A stretch of 64,000 bases of DNA from Brevinematia bacterium. Lineage in GTDB: Bacteria > Spirochaetota > Brevinematia > Brevinematales > JAOACQ01. The position numbers and the translations under genes were made by a program. Below the pieces are notes generated by a model that saw only the letters and a program-made list of their open reading frames with translations, did not search any database and was not told the origin of the DNA. The stretch spans positions 35,154 through 99,153 of the forward strand of contig JBMFQR010000001.1 in NCBI GenBank assembly GCA_049968515.1, given 5' to 3'. Shown here piece by piece: positions 36,705 to 46,110 of the stretch (position 1 is the stretch's first letter; every line of letters starts with the position of its first letter).

Positions 36705-39638
36705 CTACTCTGTTTGAAATTGTTTTAAAAAGTCAATATTCCATGTGTAGCCAAACCTGTCCGAATTTATAGCATAGAAACCTTCAACATATATATTCAT
36801 CTTATAAAGAGAAAGCCCATCAGAACCACCAAGCATTGGCATTATTAGATTTGCACGCACGTAGCCAGTATGATAATATTCATTCTCTAAGAGAGCAATT
36901 CTATAACCAGATGTAATATAAAATCTGTTGATGAACAAAAAGGGAATGAAGGTAAGACCCTGTTGTATTTCAAAATTAGGAAACTGGAGACTTATATCTC
37001 CATATGTGTACCACCCATAAGCTTTATTTACTCTTTTGTACTCAATCATATTTAGATATCTGTTATAGCTGAAAAGTGTATTTTCAGAAAGCTTAAATGA
37101 TTTATCCATACTATAGCCACCAGCAGCTTTTAGATTTACAGGCAAATAATAAACATAATACTCCAGCTGCCCCTCTACCTTGTAAGAGTTTGTAGAAAGA
37201 CCTATATCATTGGTAAGTGATGTATAATAATCAAAGAATGCATTAAGTTCAAAACCTCTATTGCCATCATACATCTTATAAGGATGGAACATTGAGTATC
37301 CTGCAAGTTTTATATAGGTTGAGTAAACCATATATCTTGAATATATGAAGTTCCATTCATATGGGGAGGTATAAACTCTTTTGTGTTCCAATAGAAATTT
37401 GATAATGTAGTTTGTATCCATACTCATTTGATTGTAGGAAACTATTTCACCAATTCTCAAATATTTGTTTGGAGAATCAGAATTTATTACATACCACAGA
37501 TCTATATACCCACCTGTATTTCTGAGGTAGTAAGGAATTTCAACAGGGATATTGTATATATTTATATTATCAGAATAAGTTAGCCTGTCATATCCACCAA
37601 GATTGAAATGTATCGGAAACATTGAGCTTTCCCAGTCTAATTCAAGATTTGCGAAGTTTTGCAAAAAGTTATAAACACCAGTAAGTCTCAAAGTGTTAAA
37701 CCTGTGAGGATCAACCATATAAAGCATAAGTCCTGCACCGTCTATGCCTCTGGATAGTTCTTCACCCTGAAAACTTAAATATGGTATCCATGCATGTGGT
37801 AAAAAATCCAAAAAGCCAAAATAAGTTTTTTCATTCTCTTTAAATTTTGCAATATAAGTACCTGTTTTAGCTTCTTCAAGTTTAATTTTGCTCCACTTGA
37901 CGTCTGATTTTTCAAACTTTTCCTCATAAGGAAATATAAGGAAATTGTCTCCTGTAGAAAACTTTCCAACATAGTAAATCTGTGAGTTGTAGCTTAATGG
38001 ATAGAAAACTCCGCCAGAAAAATTCCTGTTATCAAGCCGCAAGGTATTGTTTTCTATCATTCCGAGTTTATAAAAGCCTTCTCCGTTGTTATATGAGAAT
38101 AGAATTTTTCCATCGCTTACGCTTATATTCCTTATAAAGCTTATGTTATTTTCGATAGCAGTCACCTCTTTTGTATTTATGTTAACCTTGCAAATTTGCA
38201 TTTTTCCATTGTTGTTGGCAAGGAATACCACCTCATTTTCATTAAGTTGCAAAGGAGTACCAAAAATTGTATTTTCATTTCCTTTTACGAGAGTCTCAAT
38301 GTTTCCCTTTTCATCTATTAATACAATGTCTGTGAAATGGTTTCTTACTAAAATTGCTATTATCTTTTCGTTAAAGAAAGATGCTTCTCTAATTCCATTG
38401 ATTTTTCTCCCGGTAAATGCTCTTCTTGCAATGTCAAATTTTCTTACAAAGATTTTTGTTATCTCATTTTTTCTGTCTTTATAACGGGTTCTGCATACTA
38501 AAAGATATTTTCCATCCTTTGAGACAGAAATTGAGTTGATCCCCTCTCCAAGGTAAAGATATTTGTGTTTTTTTGTCTTTAAGTCTATTTCAACAATGCC
38601 TTCATCCCCATGGTCGATAAAGTATAGTTTATCAATGGCTATAACCGGGTATTCTATGAGAAACGATTTCTTCACAAGGTAGTTTGTATTCTCGATGAGC
38701 TCACCTTTAAATTCCATATATTTCTGGAAGTCTTTCCACTCGTCATCTATTGACCTTCCATATACAAGATAGAAAGCAAGAGGATAACCAAATACGTTTT
38801 CGATGGCGACCGGTGGCAGGGTTGCCAGAGGTCTTAACTGATCAACCGGTGAAGCAAAAGCCCAGAGGCCTGAGTTTATAAAGAAGACGCTTCCAATGCC
38901 GGCGATTGGTGACTCAAGGGTGGTTTTCCATAGCTTAACATATTTTTCCATGCCATATTTTTCCTGAAGATAGTGACTGAAAAAGCCACCATAGTGATAG
39001 AAATTGTGTCTTGCAAGATAGCCATCATAAGAACCATTTGCCTGAGTTGGTGTCCTGAAGTTCTTTTCATGTATATCCTGCTGAATTTCCTGTTTAATCA
39101 AGGGGTAGTTAACTCTGCCCTCGCCCTCAAGGCTTTCAAAACTTACTGTCACACCTTCCATCATTGAGAGAGGCATACTTGAAGCCCCCCATAACCAGTT
39201 ACCGAAGATTTTGCTGCCAAACTCTAAAACACCATTTCTCATATTTAATGATATGGCATGTGTTAATTCGTGGAGAAACTCCATTCTGAAAAACTCCTTT
39301 GAATTTGCTACTGTCGAATCGAGAGGTGGAAGAGGTGAGTATATTGCTATAACAGTGTAAGAAGGTGTTACACTTGCATATCCATTAGCTTCTTCTACAT
39401 CACCGGAGACCACAACCTTAAATCTTTCTTTATGTCTGGATTTTAAGGTCTGTTGTAGCTTTTCATATGTCTCATCAGCAAAGGATGCCAGATAAAAGGC
39501 TGTTTCTCTGGATTTCTCCGAGTAGATTATATCAAAGTATTTTGTTTTGATGATATAGAGCCTTGGAAAATAATCAAAATTGGCAAAAAGAAAAATAGGA
39601 AGAATCAAAAAGAAGATTTTCAAAAAAAACTTTACCAT
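36705..39638 (-). CDS. large secreted protein: HExxH peptidase-like N-domain, TolB/WD40-like propeller, beta-rich C-terminal third
   Basis: Signal peptide and EFLHELTHAISL (HExxH). A middle region has repeated ...DGKYLLV.../...GKILFS... blade-like segments. The C-terminal ~350 aa are Tyr/Asn/Gly-rich and alternating. An 18-nt gap separates it from the cyclase gene. Confidence 0.5.
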   Translation of the reverse strand: MVKFFLKIFFLILPIFLFANFDYFPRLYIIKTKYFDIIYSEKSRETAFYLASFADETYEKLQQTLKSRHKERFKVVVSGDVEEANGYASVTPSYTVIAIYSPLPPLDSTVANSKEFFRMEFLHELTHAISLNMRNGVLEFGSKIFGNWLWGASSMPLSMMEGVTVSFESLEGEGRVNYPLIKQEIQQDIHEKNFRTPTQANGSYDGYLARHNFYHYGGFFSHYLQEKYGMEKYVKLWKTTLESPIAGIGSVFFINSGLWAFASPVDQLRPLATLPPVAIENVFGYPLAFYLVYGRSIDDEWKDFQKYMEFKGELIENTNYLVKKSFLIEYPVIAIDKLYFIDHGDEGIVEIDLKTKKHKYLYLGEGINSISVSKDGKYLLVCRTRYKDRKNEITKIFVRKFDIARRAFTGRKINGIREASFFNEKIIAILVRNHFTDIVLIDEKGNIETLVKGNENTIFGTPLQLNENEVVFLANNNGKMQICKVNINTKEVTAIENNISFIRNISVSDGKILFSYNNGEGFYKLGMIENNTLRLDNRNFSGGVFYPLSYNSQIYYVGKFSTGDNFLIFPYEEKFEKSDVKWSKIKLEEAKTGTYIAKFKENEKTYFGFLDFLPHAWIPYLSFQGEELSRGIDGAGLMLYMVDPHRFNTLRLTGVYNFLQNFANLELDWESSMFPIHFNLGGYDRLTYSDNINIYNIPVEIPYYLRNTGGYIDLWYVINSDSPNKYLRIGEIVSYNQMSMDTNYIIKFLLEHKRVYTSPYEWNFIYSRYMVYSTYIKLAGYSMFHPYKMYDGNRGFELNAFFDYYTSLTNDIGLSTNSYKVEGQLEYYVYYLPVNLKAAGGYSMDKSFKLSENTLFSYNRYLNMIEYKRVNKAYGWYTYGDISLQFPNFEIQQGLTFIPFLFINRFYITSGYRIALLENEYYHTGYVRANLIMPMLGGSDGLSLYKMNIYVEGFYAINSDRFGYTWNIDFLKQFQTE

Positions 39639-39796
39639 TTAAGTCTCCTATGATCTATTTTTTCCCTTCCCGGGGATGTATATAACAAAAAGTAGAAGTC
39701 CAGTAGCATTAAGAAAAAAGTCCAAAAGGGATTTTGATTCCTCTGCTTTTTGGTTTTATTATATTTTGTAAGGATGAAATTTGCAAGAAAATTTAC

Positions 39797-40417
39797 TTAA
39801 ATTAGGCAATATTTTTTTAAAATCTCTTTAATTTGAAAACTTTGATTTTTTGAGATGAGAAAGGAATTTAAGCCGAATTCAATTCCAGAATTTATATTTT
39901 CCTCTACATCATCAAAGAACATTACATTTTCCGGAATTACATTGAAATACTCTAAAACAATCTGAAATATCTTTTTTTCTGGTTTCCTGCATTTTATCCT
40001 GTGAGAAAAAAAGAGTTTATCAAAATAAGTCATTATGCTTGTATAGTTTTGCATAATATATTTTTCATGTGTTCTATTTGTATTACTTAATACGGCAAGA
40101 AAATATTTATTATCCAGGAAACCCAGTAATTCCTCCATTCCGTCTGATACCCCTGTTATCATCAAATTAAAGCCATATATAAAATCATCCTTTGAGATGT
40201 TAAAATTTATCTTTTTTGAGAAGCTTTGCCTGAATCTTTCTTCTGAAGTTTCTCCAAGTTCGTAGGAAATATAATCATTTCCGGAAAAGAACATTTCTTT
40301 CAGAAATTCTGGTTTAAGGCCGGTTAGCTCGCTCCAGTAGTTGAAAGTTTTATTTGAATCTATATCAAAAATCACATTACCTAAATCAAAAATCAGCAAC
40401 TGAATGTCTGTTTTCAT
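39797..40417 (-). CDS. HAD-superfamily hydrolase, YihX-like (sugar-phosphate phosphatase type)
   Basis: LLIFDLGNVIFDID closely parallels the E. coli YihX N-terminus (YIFDLGNVIVDID). Also LSNTNRTH, CRKPEKKIF and FFDDVEENI. Confidence 0.7.
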   Translation of the reverse strand: MKTDIQLLIFDLGNVIFDIDSNKTFNYWSELTGLKPEFLKEMFFSGNDYISYELGETSEERFRQSFSKKINFNISKDDFIYGFNLMITGVSDGMEELLGFLDNKYFLAVLSNTNRTHEKYIMQNYTSIMTYFDKLFFSHRIKCRKPEKKIFQIVLEYFNVIPENVMFFDDVEENINSGIEFGLNSFLISKNQSFQIKEILKKYCLI

Positions 40418-40535
40418 TTACACCTGCTTTTGATTAAAGTTCAAGAGGAATATTATACCTTAAAGTGAAGTCTAAGTCAAAAAAGATCAATGAAAATTTT
40501 ATGTTTTGTAGCTATAAACCTGTCAAAACAATTAT

Positions 40536-40564
40536 TTGCAAATAATCCCTTTTTAATTTAAAAT
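40536..40564 (+). promoter_or_regulatory. candidate sigma-70 promoter for rfbB-ugd (TTGCAA-17-TAAAAT)
   Basis: TTGCAA at 40536-40541 and TAAAAT at 40559-40564. Confidence 0.4.
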
Positions 40565-40595
40565 AAAAAACTATTGTCAATGGTATGGAGTACCT

Positions 40596-41657
40596 ATGAG
40601 GAATAGGCTTTTAGTTACCGGTGGATGTGGTTTCATTGGTTCAAATTTTATTAGATATGTTTTTGAAAAGACTGATTTTGATGGAATTATTGTAAATCTT
40701 GATAAGCTTACATATGCAGGTAATCCACTTTCTCTTGAGGATATATATAAAAAGTATTCCGGAAGATACAATTTTGAAAGGGTTGATATCTGTGATGGCA
40801 TAAGAGTCATTGAGATTTTGAAAGCTTATAAGATTGATACAGTTGTTCACTTTGCAGCCGAGTCTCATGTGGATAGATCAATTTATGGTCCTGCTGATTT
40901 CATCCAGACAAACATTGTCGGTACATTTACACTTCTCGAATGTGTTAGAGAGGTGTGGAAAGATAGAAAAGATGTGCTATTCCATCATATTTCCACAGAT
41001 GAGGTTTATGGCAGTCTTGGTGAAGAAGGGCAATTTACTGAAGATACCCCATATGATCCGAGAAGTCCATATTCAGCCTCAAAGGCATCTTCTGATCATC
41101 TGGTAATGGCTTATTTTCATACCTACAATCTTCCTGTGACTCTCAGTAATTGTTCTAACAACTATGGGCCATATCATTTTCCCGAGAAGTTGATTCCACT
41201 GATGATTATTAATATTCTTGAGGAAAAACCACTTCCGGTTTATGGTGAGGGTAAGAATATCAGAGACTGGCTTTATGTTGAAGACCATGCGGATGCGATA
41301 TACAGGATTATAAAGAAGGGCAAGATCGGGGAGAAATACAATATTGGCGGTGGAGCGGAAAGGACAAACATTGAGGTGGTAAATTTGATCTGTGAAAAGA
41401 TGGCAGAAAAGCTAGGTAAACCAAAAGATTATTACAAGAAGCTTATTACCTTTGTAAAGGACAGACCCGGGCATGATTATAGATATTCAATGTGCTATGA
41501 AAAGATTAAAAAAGAGCTTGGTTGGCAACCGGCACACACATTTGAGGAGGGAATAGATAAGACAATTGGCTGGTATTTGGCAAATAGGAAATGGATTGAA
41601 AGCGTAAAGAGTGGGGATTATAGAAAGTGGATTGAAATAAACTATAAAGACAGATGA
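40596..41657 (+). CDS. rfbB: dTDP-glucose 4,6-dehydratase
   Basis: LVTGGCGFIGSNF, HFAAESHVDRS, STDEVYG, YSASKASSDHL and RPGHDYRY blocks. Confidence 0.93.
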   Translation: MRNRLLVTGGCGFIGSNFIRYVFEKTDFDGIIVNLDKLTYAGNPLSLEDIYKKYSGRYNFERVDICDGIRVIEILKAYKIDTVVHFAAESHVDRSIYGPADFIQTNIVGTFTLLECVREVWKDRKDVLFHHISTDEVYGSLGEEGQFTEDTPYDPRSPYSASKASSDHLVMAYFHTYNLPVTLSNCSNNYGPYHFPEKLIPLMIINILEEKPLPVYGEGKNIRDWLYVEDHADAIYRIIKKGKIGEKYNIGGGAERTNIEVVNLICEKMAEKLGKPKDYYKKLITFVKDRPGHDYRYSMCYEKIKKELGWQPAHTFEEGIDKTIGWYLANRKWIESVKSGDYRKWIEINYKDR

Positions 41658-41666
41658 GGAGGAAAA

Positions 41667-42989
41667 ATGAAGATTTGTATGGTTGGAACTGGTTATGTGG
41701 GACTTGTGACAGGCACCTGTCTTGCTGAAATAGGAAATGATGTGATATGTATTGACAATAATGCTGATAAAATAAGAATGTTAAATGAAAATATTGTGCC
41801 TATATATGAACCGAGACTTGAAGAGTTAATTGAAAATAATAGAGCTGCAAAAAGATTGTCATTCTCCACTGATATAAAATATGGAGTGGAAGTGAGTGAT
41901 CTGATTTTTATAGCAGTTGGGACTCCTACAAATATTGATGGCTCAGCAGATTTGAAATATGTTTATATTGTTGCAGAAGATATTGGCAGATACATAAACG
42001 GGTATAAAGTGATAGTGAATAAGTCTACAGTACCTGTTGGTACAGCTGGTAAGGTGAGAGAGATTATACAGAAAGAAATTGAAAAAAGGGGAGAAATTAT
42101 AGAGTTTGATGTTGTTTCAAATCCAGAGTTTTTGAAGGAGGGAGCCGCTGTTGAAGATTTTATGAGACCAGACAGGGTAATAATAGGTGCTGATAATGAA
42201 AGGGCTGGAAAGATTATGATGGAGCTTTACTCCCCCTTTGTGAAGAACGGGCACCCTGTTATACTTGTAGATACAAGATCGAGTGAAATTATAAAATATG
42301 CAGCTAACTGTATGCTGGCATTAAGAATATCGTTTATGAATGAGATAAGCAAGCTGTGTGAGAAATATGATGCTGATATAATGAAGGTGAGACAGGGAAT
42401 AGGGACTGATCAGAGAATAGGAATGCCATTTCTTTATGCTGGGGTAGGATATGGTGGTTCATGCTTTCCCAAGGATGTTAAGGCAATGATAAAGATGTTT
42501 CAGGAAATAGGTGAGGATTCGAAGCTTTTTGAGGCTATTGATGAAATCAATGAGAAGCAGAGAGAAAGGTTTTTTGAAAAGATTTTTAATCATTTTAAAG
42601 GGAATATAAAAGACAGGGTTTTTGGAGTATGGGGGTTGTCATTTAAGCCGAATACTGACGATATGAGAGAAGCCCCCTCTGTTTACATTATAAACAGGTT
42701 GCTCGATAATGGAGCTTTTGTTAACGTTTATGATCCAAAGGCAATGAAAGAAGCAAGAAGGATTTTTAAGGATGATAAGAGGATAAAATATTTTGATTAT
42801 CAGTATGATGTTCTTGAAAATGCAGATGGTCTTGTGCTTATAACTGAGTGGAATTGCTTTAAAGAACCTGATTTTAAAATGATATACTCCCTTCTTAAAG
42901 AGAAAGTAATTTTTGACGGAAGAAATATTTATGACCCGGTGGCATTAAGAGAAATGGGCTTTTCTTATTATGGAATTGGTAGAAAATAG
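41667..42989 (+). CDS. ugd: UDP-glucose 6-dehydrogenase
   Basis: MVGTGYVGLVTGTCLAEIGNDV, NPEFLKEG, the catalytic GGSCFPKD, and LSFKPNTDDMREAP. Confidence 0.93.
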   Translation: MKICMVGTGYVGLVTGTCLAEIGNDVICIDNNADKIRMLNENIVPIYEPRLEELIENNRAAKRLSFSTDIKYGVEVSDLIFIAVGTPTNIDGSADLKYVYIVAEDIGRYINGYKVIVNKSTVPVGTAGKVREIIQKEIEKRGEIIEFDVVSNPEFLKEGAAVEDFMRPDRVIIGADNERAGKIMMELYSPFVKNGHPVILVDTRSSEIIKYAANCMLALRISFMNEISKLCEKYDADIMKVRQGIGTDQRIGMPFLYAGVGYGGSCFPKDVKAMIKMFQEIGEDSKLFEAIDEINEKQRERFFEKIFNHFKGNIKDRVFGVWGLSFKPNTDDMREAPSVYIINRLLDNGAFVNVYDPKAMKEARRIFKDDKRIKYFDYQYDVLENADGLVLITEWNCFKEPDFKMIYSLLKEKVIFDGRNIYDPVALREMGFSYYGIGRK

Positions 42990-43115
42990 AATGTGTGTCT
43001 TTTTGACATCATTTCATAATTGAACCCTCTATAGTGTGTCATTTTTATACATTTTATGCATTTTATATGGTTGATTTTATTATTGTAATTTATTTTTCTC
43101 TTAAATTATCCTATC

Positions 43116-43130
43116 TGGCATAGTTTTTGC
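43116..43130 (+). promoter_or_regulatory. sigma-54-type -24/-12 promoter (TGGCAT-N5-TTGC)
   Basis: TGGCAT at 43116-43121, spacer AGTTT, TTGC at 43127-43130. Compare the consensus TGGCAC-N5-TTGC. Lies 27 nt upstream of the sigma-factor ATG. Confidence 0.5.
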
Positions 43131-43156
43131 CAAATAATTCTTTAAAGGAGGGCATA

Positions 43157-44032
43157 ATGGGTAATAAAATAAATTTAACTAATGTAGAAAGATTATTGAA
43201 GGAGAATTCCATTTCTCTTTATTTGAAAGAAATTGACAAATTTCCTTTGCTTACCCAAGAAGAAGAAAAGGAGCTTGCAAAGAAAGCCTTTGAGGGAGAT
43301 AAAAAAGCCAAAGAAAAGCTTATACTTTCAAATCTAAGGTTTGTCGTTTCTGTAGCTAAAAAATATCAGGGGCTTGGTGTTCCTTTTGGGGATCTTATAA
43401 GTGAGGGTAACTTAGGTCTTATAATAGCTGCAGAAAGATTTGACTACAGAAGGGGTTATCATTTCATTTCATATGCAATCTGGTGGATAAGACAGTCAAT
43501 TCTTAAGGCTATTTCTGAAAAGTCAAGGATGGTTCGTTTTCCTATGAACAGAGCAAATGAGCTTATGCAGATATGGAAATTTTCAGAAGAATACATAAAG
43601 AAAAATGGAACAAGACCCAGTGATGAGGTGCTTTCTGAAAATCTCTCCATAGATAAAAGCGATGTGAAAAAGATACTCGAGATGTCTCAGAACTATTCCT
43701 CTATAGAAGAGCTTTTCAAGCAAGAGGAAAATAATCCAGAAGAGTCGATCTCGATCTCCTACTTTGAAAACTCCTCTAATCATCCTGAAGAGAATGTAAT
43801 TTATGTTTCTCTGAAGGAAGGAATAGAAAAGATGTTGAGCAAGCTTCCAGAAAGAGAAAAAAAGATTATTGAATACAGGTTTGGATTGAATGGGGAGACG
43901 CCACATTCCCTTTCTGCAATAGGTGAAAAGATGAATCTCACAAAGGAAAGAATAAGACAAATTGAACAGTGGGCACTAGAACAGTTGAGAAAAAGTGAGG
44001 AATGTGAATATCTTTACAGTTACTTGAGTTGA
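43157..44032 (+). CDS. sigma-70-family sigma factor, group 2 (RpoS-like; no region 1.1)
   Basis: Region 2 (NLRFVVSVAKKYQGLGVPFGDLISEGNLGLIIAAERFD, YAIWWIRQSI) and region 4.2 (LSAIGEKMNLTKERIRQIEQWAL). ATG at 43157 after AAGGAGGG. Confidence 0.85.
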   Translation: MGNKINLTNVERLLKENSISLYLKEIDKFPLLTQEEEKELAKKAFEGDKKAKEKLILSNLRFVVSVAKKYQGLGVPFGDLISEGNLGLIIAAERFDYRRGYHFISYAIWWIRQSILKAISEKSRMVRFPMNRANELMQIWKFSEEYIKKNGTRPSDEVLSENLSIDKSDVKKILEMSQNYSSIEELFKQEENNPEESISISYFENSSNHPEENVIYVSLKEGIEKMLSKLPEREKKIIEYRFGLNGETPHSLSAIGEKMNLTKERIRQIEQWALEQLRKSEECEYLYSYLS

Positions 44033-44063
44033 CATTTTTAGCTTTTTGTTTTAAAATCTTGTA

Positions 44064-44252
44064 TTGAAATGGTGCATTTTGCTTAATAGGGAATCCGGTG
44101 AGGTTATTGCCAATTCCGGAACGCGACCCGGCACTGTAATGGGAAGGCTTCTTGCCTTTTTCGGGTTATCACTGTAGTTTTATACGGGAAGATAGTCCGG
44201 GACTGTCTTTTATAGACAGTTTATCCCAGAGTCAGGAGACCTGCCATTTCAA
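44064..44252 (+). promoter_or_regulatory. cobalamin (B12) riboswitch aptamer
   Basis: P1 is TTGAAATGG (44064-44072) paired with CCATTTCAA (44244-44252). Core AATAGGGAATCCGGTG...AATTCCGGAACGCGACCCGGCACTGTAATGGGAAGG. B12 box AGTCAGGAGACCTGCC at 44230-44245. Confidence 0.9.
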
Positions 44253-44266
44253 AGTTTTGTTTTCCT

Positions 44267-44309
44267 CGGGCTTAAGGAAAAAATTTTTTTCTTAAGCCTG
44301 GAATTTTTT
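44267..44309 (+). terminator. expression-platform hairpin / intrinsic terminator of the B12 riboswitch
   Basis: GGCTTAAG (44269-44276) pairs with CTTAAGCC (44291-44298) and is extended by A/T pairs. A T6 tract follows at 44304-44309, just before the RBS and ATG (44319). Confidence 0.6.
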
Positions 44310-44318
44310 GGAGTTTTT

Positions 44319-46094
44319 ATGAAGCTTATTTCCAGGCTTATTTTTTTTGTTCTTCTTTTTTTTAGTTATTCTTATTCGGAAGATAACCTTTCTTTTTCAA
44401 TAACCAATGATGAAGAAAGGAAAAACTATCAATTTGACACTCCCTCGATTCAGTATGAAAAGAAAAAATTATCAGGCTTTTCCTCTGTAGGTTCTAAGGT
44501 AAATTCTGCCTTTCTTTATCCAAGATCCTATGGTAGTATAGGTCAGGTCAATACAATTTCAATCGATGGTGGCTTATCATCTCATACAAGGATAGGATGG
44601 GATGGGCTAAATATTGAAATACCGCAGATGAGTTCCATTGATGTTTCGCTTTTACCACTTGAATTTGCAGAAAGTGTAGAAATATATAGAGAAAACCTTA
44701 CTCCCTATGGCGTTTATGGACAGGCTGGTTTTTTAAATTTTCTGCCACACTCTTCCACAAAGAATGGACTTATCGATATTTTTACTCAAAGCTATGATAC
44801 ATATGGAGGAAAGCTTCTTCTTCATAGCATCAACAATGATATGAAAGGGGATATGGGATTTTCTCTCATTTCGAGCAGCAACAACTTTCATTATTTGGAC
44901 AGATATGGTCTTACAAACACTGCAGAGAATCTTGATTTTATAAGATATTCTTTATTTTCAAAGTTTTATTTCCCTCTCGTGAGTTTTTCGGTTGCTCACA
45001 CCTACAGGGATTCCGGTACTGGAAGAACATACAATCTTTCACCGAGGCAGAAGGATATATTTACAGTCCTTAAGTTTGATAGTGAGATTTTTGATACCTA
45101 TTTCAAAGCTGGAGTTATTAACTGGGACAATATTTATACAACAAGAAGTGACGATTCTGATTTGCACAACAACAGAACATTTTCTATTGAGCTTGAAAAG
45201 AATCTTGAGATATTTGCGTTGAAAAATCAGTTTAAACCCTCATTAAAATATTTTACTGTAAAAAGTACGAAGATAGGGGAAAAAACCCTCTGGCATTCTG
45301 ATCTATCTTATACAGGGAAGTATTCTTTATGGAAGCTGGATTTTGCCTTTTCTTCTGATTTGATTTATAGAGAAGGGTATGACTTTTACATTGTTCCGGG
45401 TGGGAGTCTTTCCTTTAATGCATTTGATAGCGTTAAATTTTATGGGTCAATATCGAGAGGTTTACTTTTTCCTTCTTTCAATGATCTTTATTGGCCAAGT
45501 GATAGTTTTGCGACTGGAAATTCCAATCTTGTTCCAGAAGATGGGATAAGATGGCAGGGTGGGGTGGTATGGCTGTTTTTCCCACTTTATTTTAATCTTT
45601 GTTATACAGAAAGTTATATTGACAATCAGATTCTCTGGCAACCATCTGCTGGTGGAATCTGGCAACCCCAGAATATCGGGAAGGTTTTTGCGAGGGTCTT
45701 TAACTTTATTGGCAGATATGAGGATGTGATTTTTGATTTTAAAACGACAGCGGAGATTTCTTTTAGCTATAATTATTCAATAAATAATGATTCTAATTCA
45801 ATTTATTATCATAAAAGGATAATGTATGTCCCTTTATATAAATGGGGGGCTTCATTTTCTGTTGAATATAGGGAGATTTTCAAGTTAGCTCTCGGATACA
45901 GATACTTGAGTGAAAGGTTTATAAATGAAGAGAATAGTTTATGGCTCAAGCCCTATGGCCTTATGGATATTGAGTTGGGGCTTTATGTGTTTTACCTTGC
46001 AGTGGAAAATCTTTTTGATGTCGGTTATCAAGATGTAAATGGTTATCCACAGATGGGTAGAAGCTTTAAAGGTGGTTTAAGAATAGAATTTTAA
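44319..46094 (+). CDS. btuB: TonB-dependent outer-membrane receptor (BtuB-like by riboswitch context)
   Basis: Signal peptide. Plug-like N-terminal region (INTISIDGGLSSHTRIGWDGLNI...VEIYRE). Barrel with the C-terminal motif ...GRSFKGGLRIEF. 591 aa. Directly downstream of the B12 riboswitch. Confidence 0.75.
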   Translation: MKLISRLIFFVLLFFSYSYSEDNLSFSITNDEERKNYQFDTPSIQYEKKKLSGFSSVGSKVNSAFLYPRSYGSIGQVNTISIDGGLSSHTRIGWDGLNIEIPQMSSIDVSLLPLEFAESVEIYRENLTPYGVYGQAGFLNFLPHSSTKNGLIDIFTQSYDTYGGKLLLHSINNDMKGDMGFSLISSSNNFHYLDRYGLTNTAENLDFIRYSLFSKFYFPLVSFSVAHTYRDSGTGRTYNLSPRQKDIFTVLKFDSEIFDTYFKAGVINWDNIYTTRSDDSDLHNNRTFSIELEKNLEIFALKNQFKPSLKYFTVKSTKIGEKTLWHSDLSYTGKYSLWKLDFAFSSDLIYREGYDFYIVPGGSLSFNAFDSVKFYGSISRGLLFPSFNDLYWPSDSFATGNSNLVPEDGIRWQGGVVWLFFPLYFNLCYTESYIDNQILWQPSAGGIWQPQNIGKVFARVFNFIGRYEDVIFDFKTTAEISFSYNYSINNDSNSIYYHKRIMYVPLYKWGASFSVEYREIFKLALGYRYLSERFINEENSLWLKPYGLMDIELGLYVFYLAVENLFDVGYQDVNGYPQMGRSFKGGLRIEF

Positions 46095-46110
46095 AATACA
46101 GGAGGATTTT

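Noticed and set aside
43583-43960. 125-aa antisense ORF inside the sigma-factor gene, with similar cases at 28003-28386, 6299-6682, 38086-38484 and 53794-54114
   Set aside because: All are embedded opposite strongly supported genes, lack an RBS and lack any recognisable motifs.
44176-44193. GGGAAGATAGTCCGGGAC, reminiscent of the RNase P RNA GGAAAGTCCGGGC motif
   Set aside because: The region is only about 270 nt and carries the full cobalamin riboswitch core and B12 box. No other RNase P conserved regions are present.
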